In this document: positions 19,081 to 28,847 of the stretch, one piece after another | Position numbering within the stretch: position 1 is the stretch's first letter | How the letters are laid out: each line of letters starts with the position of its first letter | NCBI GenBank assembly: GCA_031414515.1 | Contig: JANNVS010000332.1 | Coordinates: 1-46,833 of the forward strand | DNA length: 46,833 bases | Origin: Sphingobacteriales bacterium | GTDB lineage: Bacteria; Bacteroidota; Bacteroidia; Chitinophagales; JADIYW01 | Direction: 5' to 3' | Notes under the pieces: model-generated | Told to the model about the DNA's origin: nothing | Seen by the model: the letters and a program-made list of their open reading frames with translations, nothing else | The model's database searches: none | Made by a program: the position numbers and the translations under genes

Positions 19081-19941
19081 TTATTTTAAGATATCTAACA
19101 AATATTGTCCGTAACCACTTTTTAATAATGGTTGTGCAATTGCTTCTAATTCTTCTTTAGAGATAAAGCCTTTTCTATAGGCAACTTCTTCTATACAACC
19201 AACTTTTAAACCTTGTCGTTGTTCAATTACTTGGACAAATTGTGATGCTTGCATGAGCGAATCAAAAGTACCAGTATCTAACCAAGCTGTGCCTCTGTCT
19301 AAGATGCCAACTTTTAATTTTCCGCGTTCTAAATAAATTTTATTTACATCGGTAATTTCATATTCACCTCGAGGACTTGGTTTTAATTCTTCTGCGATTT
19401 TTATTACTTCATTATCGTAAAAATATAAACCTGGCACTGCATAATTTGATTTTGGTGTTTCTGGTTTTTCTTCAATAGAAATCGCTTTAAAATCTTTGTT
19501 AAATTCTACTACACCATAACGTTCAGGGTCAGAAACATGATATGCATAAATAACACCACCATCCGGATTGTTATTCTTCGTAAGTAAATCCATTAAGCCT
19601 GAGCCATAGAAAATATTATCACCTAAAATTAATGCTACTTTATCTTTTCCAATAAATTCCTTACCAATCACAAAAGCCTGTGCTAAGCCATTTGGTACTT
19701 CTTGAATGGCATACTGAAAATTGCAACCATATTTCTTACCATCACCTAATAAGCGTTGAAAATTAGGCATGTCTTGTGGAGTAGAAATAATCAAAATTTC
19801 GTTAATTCCTGCTTGCATTAACACTGATAAAGGATAATAAATCATCGGTTTATCGTAAATCGGCATAATCTGTTTGCTAATAGCGTAGGTTATCGGATAC
19901 AATCGGGTGCCCGAACCACCAGCTAAAATAATTCCTTTCAT
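19081..19941 (-). CDS. rfbA: Glucose-1-phosphate thymidylyltransferase
   Basis: 286 aa. Motifs: [36 protein letters not shown] and WLDTGT. Confidence 0.9.
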   Translation of the reverse strand: MKGIILAGGSGTRLYPITYAISKQIMPIYDKPMIYYPLSVLMQAGINEILIISTPQDMPNFQRLLGDGKKYGCNFQYAIQEVPNGLAQAFVIGKEFIGKDKVALILGDNIFYGSGLMDLLTKNNNPDGGVIYAYHVSDPERYGVVEFNKDFKAISIEEKPETPKSNYAVPGLYFYDNEVIKIAEELKPSPRGEYEITDVNKIYLERGKLKVGILDRGTAWLDTGTFDSLMQASQFVQVIEQRQGLKVGCIEEVAYRKGFISKEELEAIAQPLLKSGYGQYLLDILK

Positions 19942-19985
19942 CTAGTTTTTATTTATCGAAAATTCTAATTGTTAGTAATAAATTA

Positions 19986-19993
19986 CAAAAATA
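19986..19993 (-). promoter_or_regulatory. Candidate -7 box (TATTTTTG on the minus strand) for rfbA-galE
   Basis: The plus strand reads CAAAAATA. It lies 44 nt upstream of the rfbA ATG. Confidence 0.3.
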
Positions 19994-20057
19994 CATACTA
20001 AATCACTATAAAATTGATATGTTTGTCTAGAAAATTGGAACATTGAATAATTTATGT

Positions 20058-20065
20058 TAAATTTG
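20058..20065 (+). promoter_or_regulatory. Candidate -7 box (TAAATTTG) for the two-component operon
   Basis: Exact TAnnTTTG match, 28 nt upstream of the ATG at 20094. A TTG lies about 21 nt further upstream (20034-20036) as a possible -33 element. Confidence 0.4.
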
Positions 20066-20093
20066 CGTTAACACATTAAATATCCTTAATAAA

Positions 20094-20789
20094 ATGGCTG
20101 AAAAAATTTTTAAAATTCTGGTAGTTGATGATGAACCAGATATCCTTGAGTTTCTGAGTTATAATTTGGAAAAAGAAGGATTTTTAGTAGAAACTGCTGA
20201 AAATGGTAAACAAGCTTTAGAGAAAGCGAAAAAGAATCAACCTGACATCGTATTATTAGATGTAATGATGCCTGAAATGGATGGTATAGAGGCTTGTAGA
20301 ACAATGCGTGAAATGCCACAATTTGAACACACTATTATTGCGTTTTTAACAGCGAGAACAGAAGATTATTCTCAAATTGCTGGCTTTGATACGGGTGCAG
20401 ATGATTATATAAGCAAACCAATTAAACCAAGAGTTTTAGTAAGCCGTTTGCGTGCATTATTAAGAAGATATGAAGCAAAAGAATCAAAATCTACGTTCTT
20501 AGACGTTGGAAACATTCAAATTGACAGAGAGCGCTATTTAATAATTTTCAATGGTAGAGAAATGGCTGTTCCACGTAAAGAATTTGAATTAATTTACTTA
20601 TTGGCATCTAAGCCAGGTAAAGTATTTAAACGCGATGAGATTCTTAATGAAATTTGGGGTCGTGATATTATTGTAGGTGATAGAACTATCGACGTACATA
20701 TTAGAAAATTACGAGAAAAATTAGGAGAAGAATTAATCAAGACCGTAAAAGGTATTGGTTACAAGTTTGAAGAACAGACACCAGCATAA
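20094..20789 (+). CDS. OmpR/PhoB-family response regulator
   Basis: 231 aa. It has a receiver domain (VVDDEPD, phospho-acceptor LLDVMMP, KP at SKPI) and a winged-helix output domain (TIDVHIRKLREKL, GIGYKF). Confidence 0.9.
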   Translation: MAEKIFKILVVDDEPDILEFLSYNLEKEGFLVETAENGKQALEKAKKNQPDIVLLDVMMPEMDGIEACRTMREMPQFEHTIIAFLTARTEDYSQIAGFDTGADDYISKPIKPRVLVSRLRALLRRYEAKESKSTFLDVGNIQIDRERYLIIFNGREMAVPRKEFELIYLLASKPGKVFKRDEILNEIWGRDIIVGDRTIDVHIRKLREKLGEELIKTVKGIGYKFEEQTPA

Positions 20790-20792
20790 GCA

Positions 20793-21839
20793 ATGAGAAG
20801 AATAGCTTCTCCAAATACAATTTCATTATATACAAGCATGGCAGTAGCAATTTTTTCTACTGCCATCTTTATGTGCATTAATCTATTATTTAAGCTTAAA
20901 ACGCCTATATATGATTATGTATTTTATACAATAATTATATTTTTGGTTACTTTCTTTTTCTTCCGATTTATTTTAATTCGTTTCATTTTTAATAAGATTA
21001 AAATCATTTATAAAACAATCGGCAAGCCCTTGAAATTCCAATCAGAATTAAAAGAAGGTAGCAGTAATATGATAAAAACGGTTGAACGAGATGTCGCAGA
21101 ATGGGCAATTAATAAAAATAAACAGATTCGTGAGTTGCGCAAAATGGAACAATATAGAAAAGAGTTTGTCGGCAATGTGTCACATGAATTGAAAACACCA
21201 ATATTCAATGCACAAGGCTATATTGAAACTGTATTAGACAGTGAAATGGATAATCCAGAATTTATAAGGCAATATTTGGAAAAAGCGAATAGTAATATTG
21301 AACGCCTTGAATCCATAGTAACTGATTTGTTAGAAATCTCAAAACTTGAAACAGGAAGAATTCAATTGGAAAAAGAGGCTTTTGATTTAGTGCTGTTGAT
21401 TAAAAAAGTTTTTTTTCAGTATCAGTATTTAGCGCAACAACAAAAGGTAACACTGATGGTTCATAGTGAGGAACATACTATTTTTGTTTTTGCGGATCAA
21501 AAAAGAATTATGCAAGTATTGGAAAATTTAATTTCTAATTCTATAAAATATAACAAAGAGAATGGCAATACGGACATCTACTTTCATGATTTAGACGATC
21601 AGTTTTTAGTTGAGATTTCTGATAACGGACCTGGTATAAATGCAGAACATTTACCGAGATTGTTTGAACGATTTTATCGAGCAGATAAAAGCAGAAACAG
21701 AAAAATTAGTGGAACAGGACTAGGATTGTCAATAGTAAAAAATATTATTGAAGCACATGAGCAAACTATTAATGTAAGAAGTGAAAAAGATAAAGGCACC
21801 ACATTTAGTTTTACACTGCAGAAATATATTCCAGAATAG
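20793..21839 (+). CDS. Sensor histidine kinase with two closely spaced TM helices and almost no external loop
   Basis: 348 aa. It has the H-box FVGNVSHELKTPI, an N-box NLISNSIKYN, a G1 box DNGPGI and a G2 box GTGLGLSIV. Confidence 0.85.
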   Translation: MRRIASPNTISLYTSMAVAIFSTAIFMCINLLFKLKTPIYDYVFYTIIIFLVTFFFFRFILIRFIFNKIKIIYKTIGKPLKFQSELKEGSSNMIKTVERDVAEWAINKNKQIRELRKMEQYRKEFVGNVSHELKTPIFNAQGYIETVLDSEMDNPEFIRQYLEKANSNIERLESIVTDLLEISKLETGRIQLEKEAFDLVLLIKKVFFQYQYLAQQQKVTLMVHSEEHTIFVFADQKRIMQVLENLISNSIKYNKENGNTDIYFHDLDDQFLVEISDNGPGINAEHLPRLFERFYRADKSRNRKISGTGLGLSIVKNIIEAHEQTINVRSEKDKGTTFSFTLQKYIPE

Positions 21840-21840
21840 C

Positions 21841-21863
21841 CGTGCCACGATGTTCATGGCACG
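21841..21863. terminator. GC-rich hairpin between convergent genes
   Basis: CGTGCCA-cgatgttca-TGGCACG. It can extend to about 10 bp with one mismatch. It lies between the histidine kinase stop (21839) and the esterase stop (21886). There is no clear T-tract. Confidence 0.45.
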
Positions 21864-21885
21864 ATAAGAGTAATCATGTCATGAG

Positions 21886-23205
21886 TTAAAATTCACAATA
21901 TCGCATCACTTTTGTTTTATACAATACTTTTCCTTCGTTATTTTTAACCAACAAAATATTTACACCAATAGTGAAATCAGTAACTTCTAAATAAATAATA
22001 TTTTGCGAAGCTTTGTAGTCTACTTTTTGTTGCGAAATTGTTTTTCCTAATTCATCAATTACTTCCAACACTAAAGTCTCATCAACAGAATGACGAATAT
22101 TTAATTTTGGTTGCAACAAACAGGAAACAGGATTTGGTGTAAGGTATATAAATTCTTTATAGATTTCTGCGCTATCATTTTTGCACCAGTAAAACGTTTC
22201 AAAATTATTGCAATCATATAATGGCACAGAAGTAATAGAATCGCTAGCAACTTGCATAACATCAAAAGTGTATGTATCCTGAATAATTTCTTTTACAAAT
22301 GCAACAGACTTATCTGTAACATATTTTATTGCATGCGCGTCACCACCTTCTGGTGATGCTAATGAATTGAAGCCATGATTGTAACCACAGAAAACATGCA
22401 AGCTATAAGGATTGTTATATTGCTCTAACGATTTAGTAAAAATTCCAGGTCCATATGTGCGAATTGTATTGCTGCAATTACCTAACCAACCATTAAAAAA
22501 ATCTACTGCACCATCGCAACTATTGTTAAATAACAGTAATGGCTTTTGCTTAATGATAGGCACATTTTTTAAATAAAAACCACCTACAACACTAATGATT
22601 CCTGCTACATCAGTAGAATTGGTAAGATTATTGCTTTGCAAATCCAAACTACCTAAACGCTGAATTCTATCTGCATCAACAGTTGCATCGTTCATATACA
22701 ATGAATGCATTGCTAAAAAACCACCAGAACTGATTCCAAATAAAAAAATTTTATTGGAGTCGATACCAAGTGTTGTTGCATTGGCTTTGCAATATCGAAT
22801 TAATGCACGACAATCCTGATAAGCACGATGTGCGGCATCTTCAAATATTTTTGGTGTTGCGCTTCCGCACAAACCTTTAGTTTCCGATTCGTACCAACCT
22901 TGCCTGAAATTCGGAACTACTGCGCTTATGTTGGTTACATTAAAAGCATCAGCAATAATTTTTAATACCGCTAAACTTTTATCACCAGTTGCATAACCAC
23001 CACCATGATAAATAATCACCAAAGGTAATTTTGTAGAAATTAAACTTGGCTTGTATAAATCGGCTTGTAAGTTTTCGTTTTGTCCAGCATAATCTTTGTT
23101 ATTTCCATAAGTAACTGTAGATTTAATTCCTGCAACAGCAGTTTCAGTATTCCATAAAATGTAAACCAAAAACACTATCCAAAACTTATTTTTTCTTCTA
23201 AGCAT
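21886..23205 (-). CDS. Secreted alpha/beta-hydrolase (esterase/lipase) with a T9SS C-terminal sorting domain
   Basis: It has an HGGGY oxyanion motif, a GISSGG nucleophile elbow, and a signal peptide when started at the ATG at 23205 (MLRRKNKFWIVFLVYILW). The C-terminal ~80 aa (LTPNPVS...LEVIDELGK...NILLVKNNEGKVLYKTKV) looks like a type-A T9SS C-terminal domain. The track's GTG start (23226) is less likely. The ATG overlaps the upstream LMW-PTP stop by 8 nt. Confidence 0.75.
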   Translation of the reverse strand: MLRRKNKFWIVFLVYILWNTETAVAGIKSTVTYGNNKDYAGQNENLQADLYKPSLISTKLPLVIIYHGGGYATGDKSLAVLKIIADAFNVTNISAVVPNFRQGWYESETKGLCGSATPKIFEDAAHRAYQDCRALIRYCKANATTLGIDSNKIFLFGISSGGFLAMHSLYMNDATVDADRIQRLGSLDLQSNNLTNSTDVAGIISVVGGFYLKNVPIIKQKPLLLFNNSCDGAVDFFNGWLGNCSNTIRTYGPGIFTKSLEQYNNPYSLHVFCGYNHGFNSLASPEGGDAHAIKYVTDKSVAFVKEIIQDTYTFDVMQVASDSITSVPLYDCNNFETFYWCKNDSAEIYKEFIYLTPNPVSCLLQPKLNIRHSVDETLVLEVIDELGKTISQQKVDYKASQNIIYLEVTDFTIGVNILLVKNNEGKVLYKTKVMRYCEF

Positions 23206-23650
23206 ATTTTTCAATAATTTTATCACAGGCTTTGTCTAACATATTAAAAACATCCTGAAATCCATTGTCATCAAAATATGGATCTGGCACACTTATGTTT
23301 TCATCAGTATAGACTTCATCCATAATTAATTTAATTTTGTCTTCTTCTTTTTTGTCAAATGCCCATTTCATCAAATCCTTATAATTAGAAATATCCATTG
23401 CAAAGATTAAATCAAACTCTTCATAATCTGAACTATGGATACTTCTGGCTCGTTGGGTAGAAATATCAATACCATGTTTTGCTGCAACCAGGATTGATCG
23501 TTTATCAGGTGCGGAACCTAGATGCCATTTACCTGTTCCTGCACTCTCTACGTTCCATTCTAATTTATTTTGTGTGCATTTTTGTTTTAAGATACCTTCT
23601 GCTAATGGAGAGCGACAAATATTTCCTAAACAAACCATTAAAACCTTCAT
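23198..23650 (-). CDS. Low-molecular-weight protein-tyrosine phosphatase
   Basis: 150 aa. It has the CX5R(S) P-loop VCLGNICRSP near the N-terminus and a DPYF Asp loop. Confidence 0.9.
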   Translation of the reverse strand: MKVLMVCLGNICRSPLAEGILKQKCTQNKLEWNVESAGTGKWHLGSAPDKRSILVAAKHGIDISTQRARSIHSSDYEEFDLIFAMDISNYKDLMKWAFDKKEEDKIKLIMDEVYTDENISVPDPYFDDNGFQDVFNMLDKACDKIIEKYA

Positions 23651-23715
23651 TTATTATTTTTTGTAAATCTTCTATTATAAAAAACAAAAATGAATGTTTT
23701 ATCTTACAACGCAAA

Positions 23716-24546
23716 ATGCAACGACTTATTTTTACAATATTATTTTTTATTCCAGTTTCCTTATTCTCATTAAACAAGAAAATATGGAAAAAAACACCTA
23801 ATGGCATTAATTATAAAATATATACAGACGATACTACAAAATCAAAACCCGTATATGGTGATTATATTTGGATGCATTTACGTAAATTTTCACCCAAACA
23901 AAAAGAAATTTTTAACACCAGAGTTTTTGATGTTGTAAATGGTGTAGAGATGGAATATAAGAAACCTATAAAAAAATCTGATGTAACCGAAATATTTTCT
24001 TTTATGGGAAAAGGAGATTCTGCCATTGTAAAAATTCAAAGTGATGTTTTTGACAGCAATGGAAGTCCTAAAAAATACTACACATTTTGGTTAAATCTAA
24101 TAAGTTATAAGCCAAAGGCAGAATATGAATCTATAAAAAAAGAACGTGATAAACAACAGGCAATTTCTGATTCATTATTGATACAGGATTATCTCATAAG
24201 CAATAATTTACAGGATGCAATACTTGACAAATATGGTAATTGGTATCTTAGAAAGCAATTTGGAAAGGGCAAGTTAGTAAATGAAAACGATAGCTTAGCA
24301 CTACATTATACAGGAAAATTGAGCAATGGTAAAGAGTTTGATAATTCTTTTGACAGGAAAATACCACTATCTTTTGTCGTTGGCAAGAAACAGGTAATTG
24401 ATGGTTTAGATAAAGGAATACAAAATTTTTATTTTGGTGATAAAGGCATTTTAATTCTACCTAGTAGATTTGGTTATAGTGATAGAGAAATTGGGAAAAT
24501 TCCACCTAATTCTGTATTGATTTTTGAGATAGAAGTTTTAGAATAG
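23716..24546 (+). CDS. FKBP-type peptidyl-prolyl cis-trans isomerase (secreted)
   Basis: The ATG at 23716 gives a signal peptide, MQRLIFTILFFIPVSLFS. The C-terminal FKBP domain reads HYTGKLSNGKEFDNSF...PLSFVVGKKQVIDGLDKGI...PPNSVLIFEIEVL. The track's longer ORF (from 23479) overlaps the LMW-PTP gene and looks like an artefact. Confidence 0.85.
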   Translation: MQRLIFTILFFIPVSLFSLNKKIWKKTPNGINYKIYTDDTTKSKPVYGDYIWMHLRKFSPKQKEIFNTRVFDVVNGVEMEYKKPIKKSDVTEIFSFMGKGDSAIVKIQSDVFDSNGSPKKYYTFWLNLISYKPKAEYESIKKERDKQQAISDSLLIQDYLISNNLQDAILDKYGNWYLRKQFGKGKLVNENDSLALHYTGKLSNGKEFDNSFDRKIPLSFVVGKKQVIDGLDKGIQNFYFGDKGILILPSRFGYSDREIGKIPPNSVLIFEIEVLE

Positions 24547-24608
24547 ATAAAACCACGACTTTCATCATGGCTTTTATTTAATCTATTTGAGTTTTTTTAT
24601 TCAGCACT

Positions 24609-27600
24609 TTACTTTGTATGAACCACCACCACTTTTTTATTTTTGCCTGTTACTTTATCTTTTAATCTATCGAAAACATAATATATAGTTGGTACTACTA
24701 CTAAGGTTAATAATAATGAACTTGTTAATCCACCAACAATTACCCAAGCCATCGAGCGTTTAAACTCAGATCCTGGTCCTTGGGATAAGGCAATTGGCAA
24801 CATGCCAAATATCATCGCAACTGTAGTCATTAAAATTGGCCGCAACCGTTCTTTGCCTGCTGTAATCAAGGCTTCTTTTAATTCTAATCCTTGGTCTTTT
24901 AAATGGTTGGTAAAATCGACCAAGAGAATACCATTTTTTGCTACCAAACCCATTAACATAATAAAACCAATGATACCGAAAATACTTAAACTTTCACCTG
25001 TTAATGCTAATGCTAACATGGCACCGATAATTGCTACTGGTATTGAAAATAAAACGACTAACGGATACAGCGTACTTTCGTACAAGGCTACCATGATTAA
25101 ATAAACTAACAAAAATCCTAAACCCATTGCAATGCCTAAACTACCGAATGAATCGCCTTGGTTTTTTTGTTCCCCTAAATAATCTATTGATATAGAAGAT
25201 GGAAAACCAGCTGCATCTATTTGTTTTTTAATGTCAGCGGTTACCGTGCCAGTTGGTCTTCCAGCGGATGACGCTAAAACTTGTTTAGAGTTCAAACGAT
25301 TATAACGTTCTAGTACGGCTTGACCCTGTATTTCGTTTACTGTTGCAACATCACCTAAGCGAATAGTAGCACCTGTTGGTGTTTGGATGGAAGTATTCAC
25401 TAAATTAGCAATATCTTTTTTATCGCCTTTATCATACATAATATTGATGGCATATTCTTCACCGTTATCTTTAAATTTAGACTGGTCGTTTCCTCTGAAT
25501 GCTAATTGAATAGCACTTCCAATAGTTGGAATATTTAAACCCATTTTTGCAATCTTATCTCTGTTTAATGCAATTTGTAATTCTGTTTTTGAAGATTGTG
25601 TGCTGTATTCTACATAATCAGTACCAGGTGTTTTTTTAATAATGTCGTACACTTTTTTCGCATAGACTGACACTTCATCAGTACTTGCTCCCATAATTAC
25701 AATTTGTATTTGAGGCTGGTTTCCACCAGTTATACTTGCGGGCTTGATAGAAAATGTTATACCAGGAATACTATCTAATCGTTGACGAATACTTGCACCG
25801 ATTTCATCTGTTGAACGTTTTCTATCTAATTTATTTACGAGCGAAACCGTCATATCTGCTTGGTTTGGCGAAAGAATTGCGCCACCCATTTGCGTTGCTA
25901 CTGAACCAACATTTGTAAACACTTTTGTTACTTCAGGATATTCTAAAACAATATCTTCTATTTGTTTAGTTGCTCTGTTTGTTTGTTGAAGTGTTGCTTG
26001 TGGATCTAATTCCATAATTAAATTAAATTCACCACGATCACCACTGCCTGCAAACGAACTGCCAACAAAACCTGCCGAACCAATGTATCCAATACCACCA
26101 AATAATGCTAATACAACTATCAATAAAATTACTTTGTGACCTAAAACCCATTCTAAAATTCTACCGTATGCTTCTATTAATTTATTGATTTGATTTTCGA
26201 ACCAAATGTTGATTTTTCCCCAAAGTGAGTTTGGATTTAGTACTTCAATTTTTCCCCAACGTGATGCTAATAATGGTGTTAAGGTAAAGGACACGAATAA
26301 ACTCATCAACGTAGAAAACACAACTACTAAAGCAAACTCACGCAAAATATTACCAATCAAACCGCCAGCCATTGCTAATGGAACAAACACTACAACATCG
26401 ACTAAGGTAATTGCTAATGCCGTAAATCCAATTTCACTTCTTCCATCTATTGCAGCCGTTACTTTATCTTTTCCCATTTCTAAATGACGGAAAATGTTTT
26501 CTAAAACTACAATACTATCATCTACTAATATACCAACGACTAAAGACAATGCAAGTAGGGTCATTAAGTTGAGTGAAAACCCCATTAAATACATTAAAAT
26601 AAATGTTGGAATCATTGCTGATGGTAATGAAATTAAGATGAACATGGAGCTTCTGAAACTATGTAAGAAAATCAACATAACGAATGCAACAATTAACACG
26701 GCTAAAAATAAATCGTGTGTTACTGCTGTTGCGGCTTCCATAGTATAAGTAGATTGGTCGATTGCAACTTCATATCTGAAACCTTGTGCTGCATATTGTT
26801 TTACAATAGTATCTAATTTAGCTTTTACATTGTGACTTACTTCTACTGCATTTGCATCTGATTGTTTAGAAATTTCTACACCTAGTCCAACTCTTCCGTT
26901 AATGCGATTTATGGTAGTTGGAATAGCTGTAGCATCGGTAACACTCGCAACATCTGCTAATTTTATTTTGCTTCCATTTTTATTTTCTCTGATAATGAGA
27001 TTTCGCAATTCATCAACAGTACCTAATTTAGCATCTAGACGAATCGTATAACGATTGTCTGCATTCTCAATGTTTCCTGCTGGATATGACATGTTTCCTG
27101 CTGCAATCATTTGTGTTACCTGTGCAGAAGAAAGATTGTATGCTTGTAATTTTTCATTATCAATTTTTACTTCTATCTCACGTTCGCTACCACCAATTAA
27201 ACGAACTTGTCCAACACCTTCTACATTTGAAATAATAGGTTTTATGGTTTGATTTACCAAATCATATAATTCGGTTTCATCAATATTTGCAAACGTTGTT
27301 AAACGCAAAACCGGAATTTCGCTCGAACTAAATTTACTGATGATTGGATTATCTACACCATCAGGTAAATCATTAAGTACCTGATTTATTTTTCGTTCTG
27401 CTTCAGATTGCGCAGTAGTAGCATTAATACGATCTTTTAATTGCACTACAACCATAGAAACATTTTCCTGTGATGATGAGGAAACAACATCAACACCTTC
27501 TATAGATGAAACAGCATCTTCAATTTTTTTAGTAACATTATTTTGTACTTCTTCAGAAGAGGCACCTTTATAAATTGTTTGAACAGAAATAATTGGTGCC

Positions 27601-27722
27601 TCAAATTTTGGCAATAAATTATAACTAAGCATACTATAACACAGGAAACCAAAAATAATCAACGTAAAAAATATTACACTAATTAATAACGGACGTTTTA
27701 TCGCAATTTCGGAAATAGACAT
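24609..27722 (-). CDS. RND efflux pump inner-membrane transporter (AcrB/HAE family)
   Basis: 1037 aa. The typical 12-TM architecture has two large periplasmic loops. The N-terminus MSISEIAIKRPLL is conserved, and VGILVDDSIVVLENI and GLVAKNGILLVDF blocks are present. Confidence 0.9.
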   Translation of the reverse strand: MSISEIAIKRPLLISVIFFTLIIFGFLCYSMLSYNLLPKFEAPIISVQTIYKGASSEEVQNNVTKKIEDAVSSIEGVDVVSSSSQENVSMVVVQLKDRINATTAQSEAERKINQVLNDLPDGVDNPIISKFSSSEIPVLRLTTFANIDETELYDLVNQTIKPIISNVEGVGQVRLIGGSEREIEVKIDNEKLQAYNLSSAQVTQMIAAGNMSYPAGNIENADNRYTIRLDAKLGTVDELRNLIIRENKNGSKIKLADVASVTDATAIPTTINRINGRVGLGVEISKQSDANAVEVSHNVKAKLDTIVKQYAAQGFRYEVAIDQSTYTMEAATAVTHDLFLAVLIVAFVMLIFLHSFRSSMFILISLPSAMIPTFILMYLMGFSLNLMTLLALSLVVGILVDDSIVVLENIFRHLEMGKDKVTAAIDGRSEIGFTALAITLVDVVVFVPLAMAGGLIGNILREFALVVVFSTLMSLFVSFTLTPLLASRWGKIEVLNPNSLWGKINIWFENQINKLIEAYGRILEWVLGHKVILLIVVLALFGGIGYIGSAGFVGSSFAGSGDRGEFNLIMELDPQATLQQTNRATKQIEDIVLEYPEVTKVFTNVGSVATQMGGAILSPNQADMTVSLVNKLDRKRSTDEIGASIRQRLDSIPGITFSIKPASITGGNQPQIQIVIMGASTDEVSVYAKKVYDIIKKTPGTDYVEYSTQSSKTELQIALNRDKIAKMGLNIPTIGSAIQLAFRGNDQSKFKDNGEEYAINIMYDKGDKKDIANLVNTSIQTPTGATIRLGDVATVNEIQGQAVLERYNRLNSKQVLASSAGRPTGTVTADIKKQIDAAGFPSSISIDYLGEQKNQGDSFGSLGIAMGLGFLLVYLIMVALYESTLYPLVVLFSIPVAIIGAMLALALTGESLSIFGIIGFIMLMGLVAKNGILLVDFTNHLKDQGLELKEALITAGKERLRPILMTTVAMIFGMLPIALSQGPGSEFKRSMAWVIVGGLTSSLLLTLVVVPTIYYVFDRLKDKVTGKNKKVVVVHTK

Positions 27723-27726
27723 TGAC

Positions 27727-28785
27727 TTAGTTTTTAGAATTTACAATTTGAATTTTGCTTTTTTCAGATAAGTTGATTTGACCTGATGTAACTACTTTTT
27801 CACCAGGTGTCAAACCGGTTCGTACTACAATATTTTGTCCAACTTCTTCGCCGATTTCAATTTTTCTAATCGCAATACTACTTCCATTCACCACATATAC
27901 ATAAGGATTTTTTACGCCTTCTACTAAAGCAATTTTTGGTATCTGCAAAGCATCTGCTGGTTTTTTGAAACTGAATTTTACATTTACATAAGTACCTGCT
28001 TTGTATCCGCTGTTTGGTATTTCTACTTCTACTCTATAGTTGTGATTTTCATCGCCTTTTGGTGCAATATATTTGATAATTCCTTTGGTTAGTTTATCAG
28101 GAAAAACAGACGAAGTAATTTGTGCAGGCTGACCTATTTTTAAATCGTAAATATTATTTTCACTTACATACACAATCGCTTTCAAGATAGAAATATCCAT
28201 GATAGTAGCTAATGGTGTTCCTGGATTTGCAAACTCACCTGCGTTGGCATTTTTTTGAACGACGATGCCACTGATTGGCGCGTAGATATTATTGTCAGCA
28301 ATTTGTTGCTGCATATTTTCTTTCTGAATTTTTGTAGTTTCTAAATTATAATTTAAATCGTTGATAGCAGTTGCTGGTGCTGCGTCGCCAGCAATTAAAT
28401 CTTCAGTACGCTTAATATCGGTTTCTAATTTTTTTATAGTTGCATCTGAAGATTTGATACCAATTTCTCTTTGTTTAGAATCTATTTTCCCAATTAATTG
28501 ACCTTTTGAAACATGACTGCCAATTTCAATATTGAAACTTGCTAATTTGCCTGGTTGTGTAGCAGTTATAATACCACTTTTATTAATATCTAAAACTGCA
28601 GGCAATGCATAATCAGTACTTACCGGAAAATAATTTGCATCAAAAGTAGTTACCGAAACAGGCACATTACTTCTGTCTACTGGTTTTGCATTTTTATCAA
28701 TTTCTTGTTTGTTTTGCATGAGCTTGTATACCATTCCACCAACTAATAATAGTGCAATGATACCGACGATAAGATTATTTTTCAT
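27727..28785 (-). CDS. RND efflux periplasmic adaptor (membrane fusion protein)
   Basis: 352 aa. It has an N-terminal anchor, a lipoyl/hairpin region (GQLIGKIDS ... APISGIVV), and a beta-barrel C-terminus. It lies 4 nt upstream of the RND gene. Confidence 0.85.
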   Translation of the reverse strand: MKNNLIVGIIALLLVGGMVYKLMQNKQEIDKNAKPVDRSNVPVSVTTFDANYFPVSTDYALPAVLDINKSGIITATQPGKLASFNIEIGSHVSKGQLIGKIDSKQREIGIKSSDATIKKLETDIKRTEDLIAGDAAPATAINDLNYNLETTKIQKENMQQQIADNNIYAPISGIVVQKNANAGEFANPGTPLATIMDISILKAIVYVSENNIYDLKIGQPAQITSSVFPDKLTKGIIKYIAPKGDENHNYRVEVEIPNSGYKAGTYVNVKFSFKKPADALQIPKIALVEGVKNPYVYVVNGSSIAIRKIEIGEEVGQNIVVRTGLTPGEKVVTSGQINLSEKSKIQIVNSKN

Positions 28786-28847
28786 GATAGTTGTTTTCGT
28801 TTTTTAATATTTCTAAAGTTTTAAACATTAAAAAAATTGATAGATAT

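Noticed and set aside
20056-20089. GTTAA-N6-GTTAA direct repeat (11-bp periodicity) plus further TTAA copies upstream of the response-regulator gene, as a possible OmpR-type autoregulatory site.
   Set aside because: TTAA-containing pentamers are very frequent at this base composition. The repeat overlaps the -7 box and has no extended conserved half-site, so it cannot be supported without comparative data.
23479-23715. The N-terminal 79 codons of the track ORF 23479-24546 overlap the LMW-PTP gene.
   Set aside because: The extension is antisense to a clearly real phosphatase gene. The internal ATG at 23716 yields a canonical signal peptide for the FKBP isomerase.
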